From Bugula neritina (taxonomy: Eukaryota; Animalia; Bryozoa), in assembly GCA_964035545.1 (NCBI GenBank), contig OZ037765.1:26411504-26475503 (forward strand): a stretch of DNA of 64,000 bases, in the 5' to 3' direction. The notes under the pieces were generated by a model that did not search any database, was not told the DNA's origin, and was given only the letters and a program-made list of their open reading frames with translations. Of the stretch, positions 44,701-58,151 are shown in pieces. Both the position numbers and the translations under genes were made by a program. Numbering within the stretch: position 1 is the first letter of the stretch; every line of letters begins with the position of its first letter.

Positions 44701-47700
44701 AATAAATGATGTAAAGTAATACAAAAACAAGAACCTTAAGACTGTTCCATTTGCAGACGAAATCTTTAGCAAGTTTGTGATTGGCTGGATGAAGTAAGAT
44801 GTCGGGTAAAAGGTCCGGATTATCCAAGTCGACTGTGTGAAAACTAGACTGCAGGTAGTTTTTGTCCTGTGAGAATGAAACAGCATGATAACCTCAAAGA
44901 CATGGTTTGTGAGTCTAGAAAATTTTCAATTGAAGCAAAAACTAATGAATATCTCAAATGTTTATAATAAAATAAGGGAGTATTGAAGAGTGGTTAGCTT
45001 GCTGTGCTCACCTGGTCGTGAATAAATATCCGAGTAGTATGATGGCTGACCAGGAAGTAGAATTTAGGATATACAGGTATGGCGGAGATGTCCACCACCC
45101 TCTCTCCTTCTCCGGGATCGTCTGCTCCTGCATCTCTCTCTGCTAGACACTCATCACAGTGAGTATCTGCCAGTCTGTTGAGGGTCAGACAACTCCTACA
45201 CGTCCATGTAGTAGGCATCTGAAACACAGACACCTTAAGACACAGACGACCTTTTCAGACCGAGGGCCACTGAAAGGGAATATTCCGAGGCGAGGGCCAC
45301 TATGTAAACTTTAGGTTGTGCTGAGGGTCATGGCATTAGTATTTTTCAAATTACTTTATTCCAAATTTTTATGAATCATTACACAATAAAGTCACAATAG
45401 TTACTGAAGGCTGCGTGTTTTGTAGCATGTGTATAAATAAGACATTTAAAAGGTGGTTTTTCATTCCAATTTATGTAAACCGTGAAAAATAATTTTATTT
45501 GTTATGCCTTTGAGGGCCACATAAATGTATGCTGGGGGCCACATCCAGTCCTGGGGCTGCCTGTTGGACAGCCCTGCTAAATCAGTGTGACGATCTAATC
45601 CTTTAAAGACTATTTTTTTCTAACAAACTTGACAGTGTAATATTTAGAGATTGCGTTATAACTAAAAAGGTTGACATGAAATATTTGCGACTAAATTTTA
45701 AGTCAGTACTAAAGGTAGCTATTAACTAACTAATGTATGTACATATGAAATAATAGATTTGCATATAAATATGAAGCCCTAATGAATATTTCATATATGC
45801 TATGCACTGCATATAGTTTAAGGTATGTCAAGCACTTAGTCCCACATTAATGCATTATGTTGAGAACAAATATCGTGGGTTGTAAGGCCAAGTTATAGAA
45901 AACCAACCAATATCAGATGCCTAAAACTTATTCACTAAAGAACTATTATTCTATAGCAAGTGCAAACGTGAGCTATAATATCGAATCAGATTTTCAACTG
46001 CAACCCATAATATAGAACGATAACCTTTAACCTGCAATAGCTTATATATGAACACAATCAGAATGGCTTGAAGGCAACTTAAATGATTTATTACTGAAAA
46101 GAAAAGCAAGTAAAACTCCTTACCCTTGGGAGCTTGCATTTCAAGCAACAATCTAGCTCTCGGTCATTAACAGCCCGACATATGCAAGTCCAGTACTCTC
46201 CATTCTCCTCATCTTCAACTTCATCATCACAAAGTAATTCTGCAGCTAATTTGGCTTCTTCTGCTTTATCAACCGCAGATAACCCCTATTATATACAATT
46301 GCAACATGATTTCCTGTACGATGAAATGCTCATCTAATAAACCCATAAAATCGTCATCTGACAAAAGGAGACAACTAAAGCAAGACATTTAAAAAGACAG
46401 CTTGGTAGAGTTCATAGTATTCTTTGCCTTATTAAATCAACTCGAAAATATAAACATAAAATATAGAATAATAATGGCTAACCAGGAAAAAGAAATTATT
46501 TAATCTTTTATTAATATATACAGTATATTATAATTAGTCACCAGATACGATATATTGATATATAATAAATATATTTTGGATTAATTACTTGAGTTTGGTG
46601 CTGTGTAGAATCACCAAACATCTCGTCTTCAAATGATGCATCTGAGAATAAATCTCCGGAAAGATCTGAACCTAATGAAAGAGTTCAACAGAATTGTGAA
46701 TCTATTACTACCCAAAGTTCTACAGTTGGAAATTTAGAAAGAAAAGCTATCGTATAAACACTGCCTGGTAAATTTTATCAATTTTATCATGTTTAGATAT
46801 TTCAAACCTAGAGCAATTATATTCCAGGTACATTCAAACAACAATGTGTTTGTAAAAGATAAAAGCAGCAGACCTACCGGAGCAACATCCTGCTTTTCCA
46901 GGTAAAATATTGAAACTTGCTTCAGTTATATCCCCTTTTGAAAATGCTGGCAAGTTGACAGGAGAATAAGCATCATTATCCTGTATTTTAGTGAAAGAAG
47001 TACTATTATTAGAACCACTTTCAAGCGGTGCCAGTTTCTGCTGGCAATGTTGAGTAGGTGCAGAGTTGGGGTTACATGAGTTGGAACCCTGGGCTACTGA
47101 TTCTGTAGGATTGTCACTGCATTCTGCTGTGTGGTTTCTATTCTCAATGTCTCTACACAGCAGGCTGCGATCTACTGTATCTTCCTCTGTATCCTTCAAG
47201 TCTACAGCTTCTTTGTCAGTTTCAATGACCTCTATAGGGTCTTTGTCAGCATCAATGACATGTCCAGCATTTTCAACATTATCCTTCATGCTTTTGTCTG
47301 AATTGTCAATGTCTGCACAATCATTGTCAGAATTCTGTGCAGGAGATGAATTGAGAGAAGGTAAAGAAGAAGGCGACAGGGGTTTAGCGCCCTCATTATC
47401 ACCTAACGCCTACAACACACAGTCTAGATACTAACATGAATTCACATATTCATATATAATGATTCTACTGGGTAAAAGTAGTGCAGGTTTGTGAGCTTAT
47501 CAGCAACCTGTGATATGCCAAGGGAGAAATCAACTTTATAGCCAGTAATTACAGTTACACAAGAACTTATTTTTAAACTCACAGTAAGCTTATGTAATAC
47601 AATATTACACTGCATACTGCTACAATAAATTATTAAACAGATATGAGAAGTTTTCTGATATTTCAAAAGAAAAGATAAAAAGCAACAATTCTTTGACTTC

Positions 47701-50700
47701 TATAAAGGGATACAGAAACACTCAAAGTCAAGCAGATAAAGTAGAAATTGCAAGATTCTAAGCCCACTGCTATTTTTTTAACATGCATTCAATTTTGAAT
47801 CCTTTTTGTATAACAGAGGTTGCTGCAAGCTGACAGTCTGCACACAAGTTAACCTTGACATTGACCATACAGTCAGAGAAGATATGCAGGTTACTAACCC
47901 AATTCATAAACTCTCCGTCATTTAACTTTGCTTTCTTATTAATTGACAAACGGTCAATACTTTCATCATCATTATTGATAATCTCCACCACTTCAGGGGG
48001 TCTCAAAACCAACTGTTTCCGCCTTTTCCTAGGAATAGTACGCTGGTTGTTGTTTTGGGACAGGAAATCCGATAATGTTGGCTGATTTTGCTCCTAACAA
48101 CATAGCAATATAATCTATCATCATATATTTACAATTACTAATGTTTGTGAAAAATTCCAGAGACAACTTTAGAACTCAATTTTCTCAAAAAACAAAAACA
48201 AAATAATTAATTGTAATAAATATTTGAAAAAAATATTCATACATTGTCAGGACTAACTTCTCAAGTTAACAAGTTTTGGATTGGAAAGATCTTGGGACAT
48301 AATGATGACATAAAATCAGCTAACCTTGAGATCAGCAAGAGTAAAGAAATCCTCCACATTGATGTCCACCTCAACTGCATTGTCAGCATCTACCGGCGTC
48401 TTCACATCAGCTGCAGATAGTATTCCAGACACATGCTTGTTGCTGTTTACTGCAGATAATCCTTTCTTCTGTCCATCCAACGCCATTGCTAAAACTCGAG
48501 TCTTCTTCTACAGAAAAAACAACACCAAAATTGAAATGATTTCAATTTTCTTGCTCAACTGTTAATATAAGAGCAAACAACACCTTTAGAATTTCTTTAG
48601 TTGTTCTCGTCCTTCGAAAGTTAAAAAAATATCAACTGCTCTTCAAAATCTTTGGCTTCGATTTTTTAAAAGTTTAAAAATAAATATATACTCAAAAACT
48701 TACTTCAACCATTGACCAAACCCTTTCGTCTATAGTGCCTCTGGCCACCAGGTAGTAGATGTTCACAGACTGAGCGGTTTGACCAATTCTATGGGCCCGG
48801 TCTTCACACTGCATGAGTATAGCAGGCGTCCAGTATAGCTCGGCAAACACCACCACACTGGCTGCAGTTAAAGTTAGACCCTGAAACAATACAATTACAA
48901 CATTCACACACCATTAACTCATAGCTCCATGTGCTTCACCAAGTTTATAGTTTGTTTAATCAAATCAAATTTTTTTCTTGGCAAAATGTTTCAACAGCAC
49001 AAGAAGACACAAGTAACTGATAGAGAATATAAGCAGTTAACAGAACAGTGTAAACATTACCAACATACAACAGTACACTCTTCAGAATGAACATTGTCAC
49101 ATGTAAACTTGTGTTAACTTACTGAGCCAGCAGCCAATATAGAGAGTATGGCGACTTTAGTTTGAGGATCAGATTGGAATTGTTTGACCAGAAGATTCCG
49201 TTCATTCGTTGGCACAGTGCCATCTATGCGGATGTGTTTGATGTTGGCATTCCACAATGACTCCTGTATGCTGCCAAATATATAGACTCTATTCACAGTT
49301 GGTAAACTGACCACTTGGAGTAAAATTTTAATGGACCTTATAAGCCACTGACCACAACACTACCTGTTCACCATACATCTACAACACTACCTGTTGACCA
49401 CACGCCCACAACACTACCTGTTCACCACACGCCCACAACACTACCTGTTCACCATACATCTACAACACTACCTGTTCACCACACGCCCACAACACTACCT
49501 GTTCATCATAGCGTGGTGATGTGCAAAGACTAGAACCTTGTTGGAATCCTCGCCGCTTGTATAAAATAGGACAAACTCTACAACTGGCCCCACCTATAAA
49601 ATAAAGTCCAACTATTAACACAGGTAACTGTATTTTTACGTTGAATACGATTTTATATTAATATAACTTTTGTTTATTCACACATAAACATTTATGAATT
49701 ACATCTATGTGCACGCATGGAGGCGCCAACAAATTTATTCTCAACTAATACTTAGAAAGTGAGTTTAGTATAAATAAATTAATAAGTTAAAAATATAGCT
49801 GGCTATAGTCATATAAAGACACAGCATAGCACAACCTGTTGAAAATGTTATTATTTAAACACTTTTAGACAATTTCTATAGTCATAATACTGTTCACTAA
49901 CTTTGGCTTGGCATGTCTTTGTATATAGCTGACTTATAAGAGATCTAATCTCATAGACGACGGGTAAAACTGGCCCACCCTGAGTAGGCTGAATAACCTC
50001 TGCCACAGTAGAACCTGAGCTATTAAGCAGCCTTTCCAGCTCTTCTTGCATAGCAGTGATCTCCTAAGAGGAATACAACACAACTAGAAACGCCGAATAT
50101 AAGACATTTGAAGAAACTATTTATATAATATCTGATATCTAAAATAAATTACTATATAAACTTGCTAAAATCAGTTTTACGACTACCAGCAAAAATATGG
50201 CAAACAGTGAAGAATTATAGGCTAATAACGCAACACATTTTTTATAAATATTAAACAGACAGAATCCTCTTTCAATACTGATAATGGTAATTCAACTCCA
50301 TCAGCCTCTCAGTGTTAAACAAATAATGAGTAATCAGAAGCATACTTTCTGCAGCTCAGAGCTGTTTGAGTCAAACTTGAGGTCAAAGGGCACTTTCTGT
50401 CGACGTTTCGGAGGCAGCTGACGCAGAACCTCCTTTTTCAGACGACGAATCATTATAAACTGCTTTAGCTTAAGTTCTAGGTCGTCCAGGTTCGTAGCAC
50501 CACTACAACATTGTCGCACACCCGTAACAATCGTATGAGGTAAAAATGCACCCAGAAAATAACATGATGCTGGTGATGAACAGCTACAGTTTGATGTGTT
50601 ATTGGAGAAAAATATCGAAATAAAATCTCGAAAACTATAAACTCAATACTAGTTATTATAGACTCAAGGACATCGGCTGATAATAATTACTATCAAGGAA

Positions 50701-53083
50701 GATATACTGGGTGTTGTTCACATAGCAGTAGTAAATTAAAGTGATTTTATCTGGCAATTGTATGAAAGATCCATAACATTTATTAATTATTTATAACAAA
50801 ATAATCCATTAGGCTCATTGAAAATAAACAAGCTGCAACAAACTAATTCTTAAGTTCATCATATTGTAGGGCTTTTACAAGACACAGATGAAACTATACA
50901 GCTATCAAAACTGCTCTGCCTATTCCTGCATTAGCCACCAGACAGATATAACTTACTCAATATTCCAGACTTTAGAGCGGCCATAATACACGTAACGGGC
51001 ATTGCAGTATTTCAGAGTATATTCTGTGAAAGTACCAAACCTTCCCGGCAAGATGGAGTCTATTTGTGTGAACAGCTGAAACAAGAAAAAGCAATAGATT
51101 AAAACATTATATTTCTCATGTAATAATATTAGCAATCCCTAAAACTTCTTGATGTCACTTTTGGTTTTAGAAGCTATACCAGACTACAACTCATGCTAAA
51201 AGACAGCTCTGCAATATGTTTAGTTACCTCAGATGGTTTATTTAATGCCGGAGTACCAGAAAGGAGAATGCATCGGACGGAATTCTTGATAAGATCCACA
51301 ACGACATTAGCTGTCCTGGTGTTCTTATTTCTGATATTGTGAGATTCATCGCAAATAGAAACCTTGACACAAAATAATGTTCAACTATTGTGCTAACAAT
51401 GCATTAAAACATAATTTTATGCAAGTACATTATGCTATGTTTTAACTTAAAATTAAAAGAAATTACTAATAAGAGAAGCAACTTTTTTCAAAATACAGGC
51501 CAGTATATTGTATGTAAGTAACAAGGCATCTTTACACACGATACTTTAAAATAACAATAAGAATAAGAACAAGAAATATTTGCAATAAAACCAATGATTA
51601 CATGACCTTGAACTGCTGCGCTCTAATAGCCTTGAGAAGAACGCTTGTGTTGGGGTTACCATATCTCAGTAAGGAATAGGCCACTATATTTATTTTGCAC
51701 TTGCTAATATTTCTGAAAAAAAACACATTGCCACTTAAATTTAACATATTAAACCCAACTGAAATCATTATAACACACCAAACTACAGTGCTTTTATGAA
51801 TGCAAAGCTGTTTGAAGATAACACTAAACATTTGACTTCTGATAAAAATACAAAACAAACTTTTATCTAAAGTTTCATTAAGCTAATGCACTGTTCTAGC
51901 TGGATATCATTCTACTGCATAATATTATCAAACCATGTATCAATTTGAAGAAGCTACAAAATTCATATTTTATACATGAACTTAGTTTTATCTTATAACC
52001 AATATTGTTCACACGGCACTAGTGTGTAAGACATAGATACAAACAAGTGAACCAGTTTCTTTTCAACCATCAACATTGCTATATAATGATTAATTTCGTT
52101 AACTACCCCACATCGCTGGAGCTGTTTATCATATTGATATCGGAAGGCAGCAGTTCTGGTAACCATTTCTCCAGCTCTTCCACCCACTGGTATTTTAAAG
52201 ATGCCGGCAGCATTATTAGGAGAGGCCATTCATCTTTATAATAACATGCTACAGCAATAGCCTGCAGAGTCTTTCCTAGACCCATCTAAAATCCATATTC
52301 AAAACGAGGTAGGTGCAGTAACGGAAAAATTGACAAAAGCCTGTGTTCTAGATTAGTAATGTAGCATGAGAAGTTATGCCCTCGCGAGAATTTCAACCCA
52401 CCCCCAAACCAAAATTTAATAATAAAATTAAAGAACTTAGGCTATCTCAATTTCTCCACTACTGCTCCTAAATGTTCAAAACAATTTAACATTCAATCAG
52501 CACATAAAATATACAAACTCAATCTTAATAAGCCAAGAAAAAGCACAAAACAGTAAAATTGCGTCAACTGAAACTTGAGAAGCTGCTCTAAGTTAACTTA
52601 CCTCATCAGCAATAAGACACCTGAAAACAACAACAAATAAAAATAATATGATGCATTTTTTTCAACAGAATTAAGTACATGACAGCATATATGAAAAACC
52701 AAGTCACCAACTAAAAAACTAATAATTACAAAGAATAAGACAAAAGGGTAAATATTCACAAATGATTGAAATGACTATGATGCATAATGTATTGCTTTTG
52801 TTTAGATTCCTGGTTTAGATTCCAAGATTTTTAAGTGCCAAGAAAGGTGATCCAATAGCATTTGTTTTTGCTCAACATAATGAAAATCTCTAAGTCTTGA
52901 GAGTTGAGACTGTAAATATAAGTGATGTTTTTCATTTTATTTATACCTTCCATCTTTGCCGACAGCGAAATTCAAGCCTTCCACCTGAAATGGTAGGAGC
53001 TTACTTCTTAAACGCTCAGGTAGATAACTAAGATCAATTTGGGGTGCCGGCTTGATTAGGTATTTGTTTAAAGTCTGTGCCAT
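41797..53083 (-). CDS. ZRANB3: DNA annealing helicase/endonuclease ZRANB3; multi-exon
   Basis: [59 protein letters not shown]; PIP box QPTLSDFL; NZF fingers; C-terminal [32 protein letters not shown]; terminal ITDFF motif. Confidence 0.95.
43730..43927 (-). mobile_element. tRNA-derived SINE-like element in a ZRANB3 intron
   Basis: Pol III A box TAGTGTAGTGG (43923-43913) and B box GGTTCAAGTCC (43886-43876), flanked by GCCA...TGGC. The anticodon arm is too short for a real tRNA. The 3' boundary is approximate. Confidence 0.6.
45243..45576. mobile_element. hAT/Charlie-like non-autonomous DNA transposon fragment (copy 1)
   Basis: Terminus CAGGGCTGTCCAAC (minus strand) and repeated GAGGGCCAC subterminal motifs. 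About 150 bp are shared with 57995-58151. Confidence 0.65.
49354..49506. repeat. 27-bp minisatellite (~5.7 copies) spanning a ZRANB3 exon/intron boundary
   Basis: ACAACACTACCTGTT units at 49354, 49381, 49408, 49435, 49462 and 49489. Confidence 0.92.
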
Positions 53084-53389
53084 GCCTTATGATATGGTTT
53101 CTTACTAAAATAGTATCAATAATTAGATTGATCAGTTACTATTAGCCAAAACATGTCCATCTTAATCACATCTTGCATCTTAGTTTCTATAAAAATATTT
53201 CAACAATTGAAACTACAAATCGTTTTGAAAAGAGATAAAATAGTTACAGTAATACAGTTATACTAATTCTACTTTAACTTGTAATCGTTTGTGATATGAA
53301 CAATAAGTGTAAGATTAAGTGCATTACATACGTCTTACACATATAGTAAGACCAAGTAGTCCTATTACTAACTCTAAGTATTCCTACTA

Positions 53390-54000
53390 CTAAAGACTAT
53401 AATAATCACCATTATCATAATGATAATAATAATAATCAAATTCAATAGTATAGCCATAATAATATTGATAAACTCCTACTCATTATTATAAGACATAGGT
53501 TATACTTATAATAATAATGAATATTATTATTAAATTTAATACTAATAGTAATAGTAATAGTAATACTAATAGTAATAGGCGACATTATGATTATAATTAA
53601 TATTATCATTATCATAATAAATATATTAATATGATAATTATAATTTTATTATGATAATAATTATACTAATGATAATTATAATGATAATGAATGAAAAATC
53701 ATAATGATAATCTAAATGCTAATCCTAATGATAATAATAATATTAAATTTAATCATTATGATATTGATTATCACAAGACATAGTGTGAATCACTAAATGA
53801 TAATCATTATCATTATGATTATCAACATTAAAATTAAAACTAAATGGAAAATAAGCAAGATAAATTAAATAATATTTATATTATAGTTATTAAAAATGTG
53901 TTAATGCTTTATATTGCAGAATTTATTATTATTATTTGCATTTAACATTTTTAACAATAATTACAACTTACTTATATAACAATAATATTAATTATAATAT
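53390..54000. repeat. AT-rich (AAT/ATG)n low-complexity tract upstream of ZRANB3
   Basis: Degenerate taataatgataat runs. Confidence 0.75.
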
Positions 54001-54589
54001 TGGGTTTGATAAGAGTAACTACGTTTGAAACGCAACTTTTTAAACTGCAGGAGCATTAGCGCCAAAAGTTCTACTATACATGCTTATTATAAAACGGATA
54101 GCAAGAAGATAATTTTACCTACGTCTATATGCATGTATAACTTCGAATAACAATAAGGAGAACTATGACGGGACAACTCGTAACGTAACAGTAGGTGTAC
54201 TATTATTATGTGGCTAACATAATGGTACAGACGCTCAAATTAATCAGCATGTCACAAAAATTGCGCCTATAATCTCTATAATATTATGTATAACTTATAA
54301 GCTACAAAAAGCCTGCAATGCATTGCTAAATGTGAACTGAAATATTCAATATATGTATTAATATGGAATTAAAATGTTGAGATTAATTAGATTTTACACT
54401 GTTCAGCAATGCATTACAAGTTTTTTTATAGCTTATAACTTATACATAATATACAGTAGAAATCTAGTGACAGCAATTTGACTTAAATACAATCATATTT
54501 TGTCACCATCGAATTTTATCACAAATAATCAACTAGTTTAAGTTTGTCAATACATAATTTGAAAAACATCGAGCTATATATTTTAAAAG

Positions 54590-56265
54590 TTGGCCTTACC
54601 GGGCCGATGTTCGATCCGGTAAGAGAACTCGGCCAGGACCTCGAGCCACCTGGCGACCTGGCTGGACGGTTCTGCTCTCTTGCACAACCAAATCAAGAAG
54701 GCGTGGTCCGTACGCAGCCGGAACTTCCTGCCATATGGGAAAGGTCTGAAGTGCTTCACCGACTTGATTACTGCCAGCAGTTCCTTGCGGGTAGTGCAGT
54801 AATTTCGTTCAGTGGGTGAGAGAGACTTGCTGTAGAAGGCCATGACTACTTTGCGGCCCTCCTGCACCTGGGACAGCACAGCGCCGACGTTTTGGTCACT
54901 GGCGTCAGTATCTAGGATGTACTCCAGGGCAGGGTCTGGGTAGGCCAAGATGGGGGCCTCTAGCAGGCGGCCCTTGAGACAGTTGAATGCCCTCTGTTCG
55001 ACGAAAGTCCACTGCCAGGTCACCCCCTTTGCGGTGAGCCGATTTAACGGCTGTGCCACCCCCGCAAAGTCTGGTAAGTATTGCTGCCAATGCCCCACCA
55101 GCCCGAGGAATGCCCGGAGCCCGGTCAAATCCTGGGGGGGGTGACCCAGTCTTCTATAGCTCAGACCTTTTCAGGATCTGTCGTCACACCGTGACGGCCG
55201 ATGATGTGCCCCAGGTACTTTACCTCTGGCTGCAAGAGAGCGCACTTAGAGGGTTTGGGCTTCAGACCGACACCTCTGAGTCATTCGAAAACCTCCCGCA
55301 GACGACTTACGTGAGTCTGGAAGTCTGGGGAAATCACGATGACGTCATCAAGGTATACCAGCAGTGTCTTCCAGTAGAGCCCACTGAGGACCTGTTCCAT
55401 GAGCCTCTGGAACATGGCGGGGGCGGAAGTCAGTCCAAAGGGTAAGACTTTCCACTTCCATAAGCCGTCCCGCGTGATGAACGCCGCCTTCTCCTGGGCG
55501 TCGGGACTGAGGGGAGCCTGCCAATAGCCGCTCAGCAAGTCTAGCGTACTGAAGTACTTGCTGCCGGCTAGGGCGTCCAGAGATTCGTCAATCCTGGGTA
55601 AGGGGTAGGCGTCCTGTATGGTCACGCTATTTAATTTGCAATAATCCGCACAGAACCGCCAACTGCCGTCTTTCTTCCGGATCAGGACAGCCGGCGAACT
55701 TCACGAACTATGTGCTGGCTCTATGAGGCCGCGGTCCAAAAGATCTTGGACTTGTTGGCTGACCTCTTTCTTCTTCTCTGATCCCAATCTCCGAGTGGGC
55801 TGTCGGATAGGGGCAGTCCCTGCAGCCAGCGGTATCTCATGACGGACGGCCGTTGTCAGGCCTACGTCATGGTCCCCACTGCTGAACACGTCACTATATT
55901 CGCGTAGCAACTGGGCCATGGCCTGGCGCTCTCGGTTGCTCGCGCAGCCGTCACACGCTGCCTGATATAACTCTTGGACGCGTTGTGGGACGGTCCCCCG
56001 CCTAACTGACGGGCTCTGTTGGGGACCTTCCGCCGCAGCTCCTAGCGACGGCCCTACATCTTTTTCCTGGATAGAGTGGAAACGGCCCAGCATGGACCCT
56101 GACGGTAGTTGCACCGCCTCAGAGAAGGAGTTGACGCACTGCACCAAAATCTCTCCTCGGTCAGTCAGCTGATTAAGACTGCTGGCGAGTTGGATTCTCG
56201 TGTGCGCGCTTTCGACAACCCCCCAACCCCGAGAGTTGGCTATTGTTCACTCTGCAGTGAATGGT
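54590..56265 (-). pseudogene. pol: Disrupted pol fragment (RT-RNase H) of element 2
   Basis: YPLPRID, LPFGL, YLDD, DTDAS and KELLAV are present. There are TGA stops at 55701 and 55281 and a frameshift at the G8 run (55134-55141). Confidence 0.92.
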
Positions 56266-57194
56266 AGGGGGGCATACCGCTGGGTCCGTACGAACGCCTG
56301 GCGGTACCCACCCCGCTTTTCCTTCTTCTTTGGTCCGCGGAGTTTTTGGGGCTTCCGCGGATTGTAGAGTTTCTGCTGTTTCTTAGGTTGTGGACAACTT
56401 GAGCGGAGATGTCCCCTCGTGCCGCATCTCCAGCAAAGGGCAGCTGGTCTGGGAGCCTCTACTCCTGGTCTCCTGTATCCCGTGGGGCTGCTACATGTTA
56501 TGGTCACCACCAACTGTTCCAGCATAGTCATTAAGCGATCGACCTCCGTCTCCAAGGAGGAGCTAGTCGTAGCGGCAGCTACGCGGACCGGGTGGTCTGG
56601 TCTTCCAGTGACTCGCGGGGTAGTCTCTATCGCTCGATAGAGTTGTTCGGCCCCCAGATAAGCCTCGCTTTCTTCTAACGCAGCCTCTATCGTGGTCACT
56701 CCTTTCGCTTGTAACTGGTGGTGGAGGCCCAAATTGTTCGGGGATTGTACAAAAGCCTCGAACGTATAGCTCTGTCTGTGTGTTTCTGGCAGGTCGCCAT
56801 ACGCGATCTGTGCCAGTCTCTTCACTAGGGTAGCGTGGTCCGGGAGTGGTGTGCATGTTCTGCGGAGCAGTCTTTGTAAACAGGCCCTGGCGCCTACGAC
56901 AGGTATGCTAAAACGGGCCCGCAGCGCAGCAAAGATCCCGTCTACGCTGGGTCTCAGCCCGTACGGCCTGGCTTGTTCCGTCAGTGCCATCCGTAGCTTT
57001 ATCAGGGCTACTCTCGGCAGCCATCTTGTGATGGCTGCAACTTCATTGAATTCCCGAATAAATTGTTCAACATCTTCTAGGCCCGTGAAGACGGGAGCCT
57101 CTAATGTATATCTATATGCCTCCTCTCCGGCCTCGAGAGGGTTTATGATAGTGTCTCGCTCACCTTCTTCATTTGAGGCTGTACTCTCGGCCAT
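56247..57194 (-). CDS. gag: Gag of element 2 with an intact CCHC knuckle
   Basis: CWRCGTRGHLRSSC (CX2CX4HX4C); homologous to 33856..34722. Confidence 0.88.
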   Translation of the reverse strand: MAESTASNEEGERDTIINPLEAGEEAYRYTLEAPVFTGLEDVEQFIREFNEVAAITRWLPRVALIKLRMALTEQARPYGLRPSVDGIFAALRARFSIPVVGARACLQRLLRRTCTPLPDHATLVKRLAQIAYGDLPETHRQSYTFEAFVQSPNNLGLHHQLQAKGVTTIEAALEESEAYLGAEQLYRAIETTPRVTGRPDHPVRVAAATTSSSLETEVDRLMTMLEQLVVTITCSSPTGYRRPGVEAPRPAALCWRCGTRGHLRSSCPQPKKQQKLYNPRKPQKLRGPKKKEKRGGYRQAFVRTQRYAPLPFTAE

Positions 57195-57255
57195 GATGTC
57201 CTAACGTTCTTCCATCGTTTCCAAACAGTAGCTAGGATCCCACCGCTGCCACCAC

Positions 57256-57544
57256 TGTTGTGATTTACACAATATTTATGCGTGGTTCCTAGCTTGTGAT
57301 TATGAGTTAATTATCCGCAGTAGTATAGGACTTGTAGTAAGATTATAATATATTTATTTACAGTTACATACTAGGAAAATATACACATGAAACATTCGTC
57401 TATACAATTACATCCTTCTAGTTACTAGCACGCTCTCTAATTGCAGCAACATCCTTCCAGTTACACATCGCTGGGGGTTGTCACCTGACGCATCTCTAAT
57501 TGGCTAGGGGACACGTGGAGGCGCATACTGCGTGCGCCACTACA
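57256..57544 (-). repeat. 5' LTR of Gypsy element 2
   Basis: Adjacent to the PBS. Begins TGTAGTGGC (element 1: TGTGGTGGC) and shares AGCCAATTAG. Confidence 0.8.
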
Positions 57545-57994
57545 ATATCAATAGTTGTTATTGGCCACAACCTTAAAGCCCAACTAAAACATATTTGTTT
57601 TAGGTAATAACAGTTGGAGTGCTTGGGCTACTTATGATAAGATCTTCAAACCGGGCCTCCATGCAGTGTAGCAGCACTACCCAGCCATTCACATACCGTG
57701 GTAGAGATGGAGCGAGGTGTAGATATGAAGGTGTGTAGTCAAGGGTGTACATTATACTACCAAATGTTATGCTAATCACAATATATAGACATGATTGCTG
57801 CTCTGTATTATTATTTTATATTGATTGATTTGTACATAACCGTACTCTCTACCAAACCATACCTACACATTCATTATCATCTTCCTCTCATTTCTTCTAC
57901 TCGCATGAACTGTGTGGTGTGTTATAAATTGTGCATTGTGCGTATTGTGAAGTCATGTGCACTGTGCAGCTTGTTAAAATATGGGTGTTTTGTA

Positions 57995-58151
57995 ACATGT
58001 GTATAAATAAGACATTTAAAAGGTGGTTTTTTCACTCTACATAATTCACACATGTGTAAATTAAATAATTTTATTTGTTGTGCCTTTGTGGGCCACATAA
58101 ATGTCGGCTGAGGGCCGCATCCGGCCCTGGGGCCTTCTATGGGCAGCCCTG
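57995..58151. mobile_element. hAT/Charlie-like fragment (copy 2)
   Basis: Shares atgtgtataaataagacatttaaaaggtggttttt...gggccacataaatgt...cagccctg with 45427-45576. Confidence 0.65.

Larger units (their letters stand above)
54590..57544 (-). mobile_element. Degenerate Ty3/Gypsy element 2: 5' LTR, gag and partial pol; protease deleted, truncated after RNase H
   Basis: LTR 57256-57544 (TG...CA) and the same tRNA-Leu PBS at 57237-57254. An internal deletion junction lies near 56266. RT and RNase H are homologous to element 1 but carry stops and frameshifts. No integrase or 3' LTR. Confidence 0.93.

Noticed and set aside
49354-49506. CRISPR-like appearance of the 27-bp repeats (also 1131-1251 and 62311-62524)
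   Set aside because: These are tandem units without unique spacers, in eukaryotic introns, with no cas genes.
41797-53083. SMARCAL1 as an alternative call
   Set aside because: There are no HARP domains before the helicase. The PIP box, NZF fingers and C-terminal HNH are diagnostic of ZRANB3.
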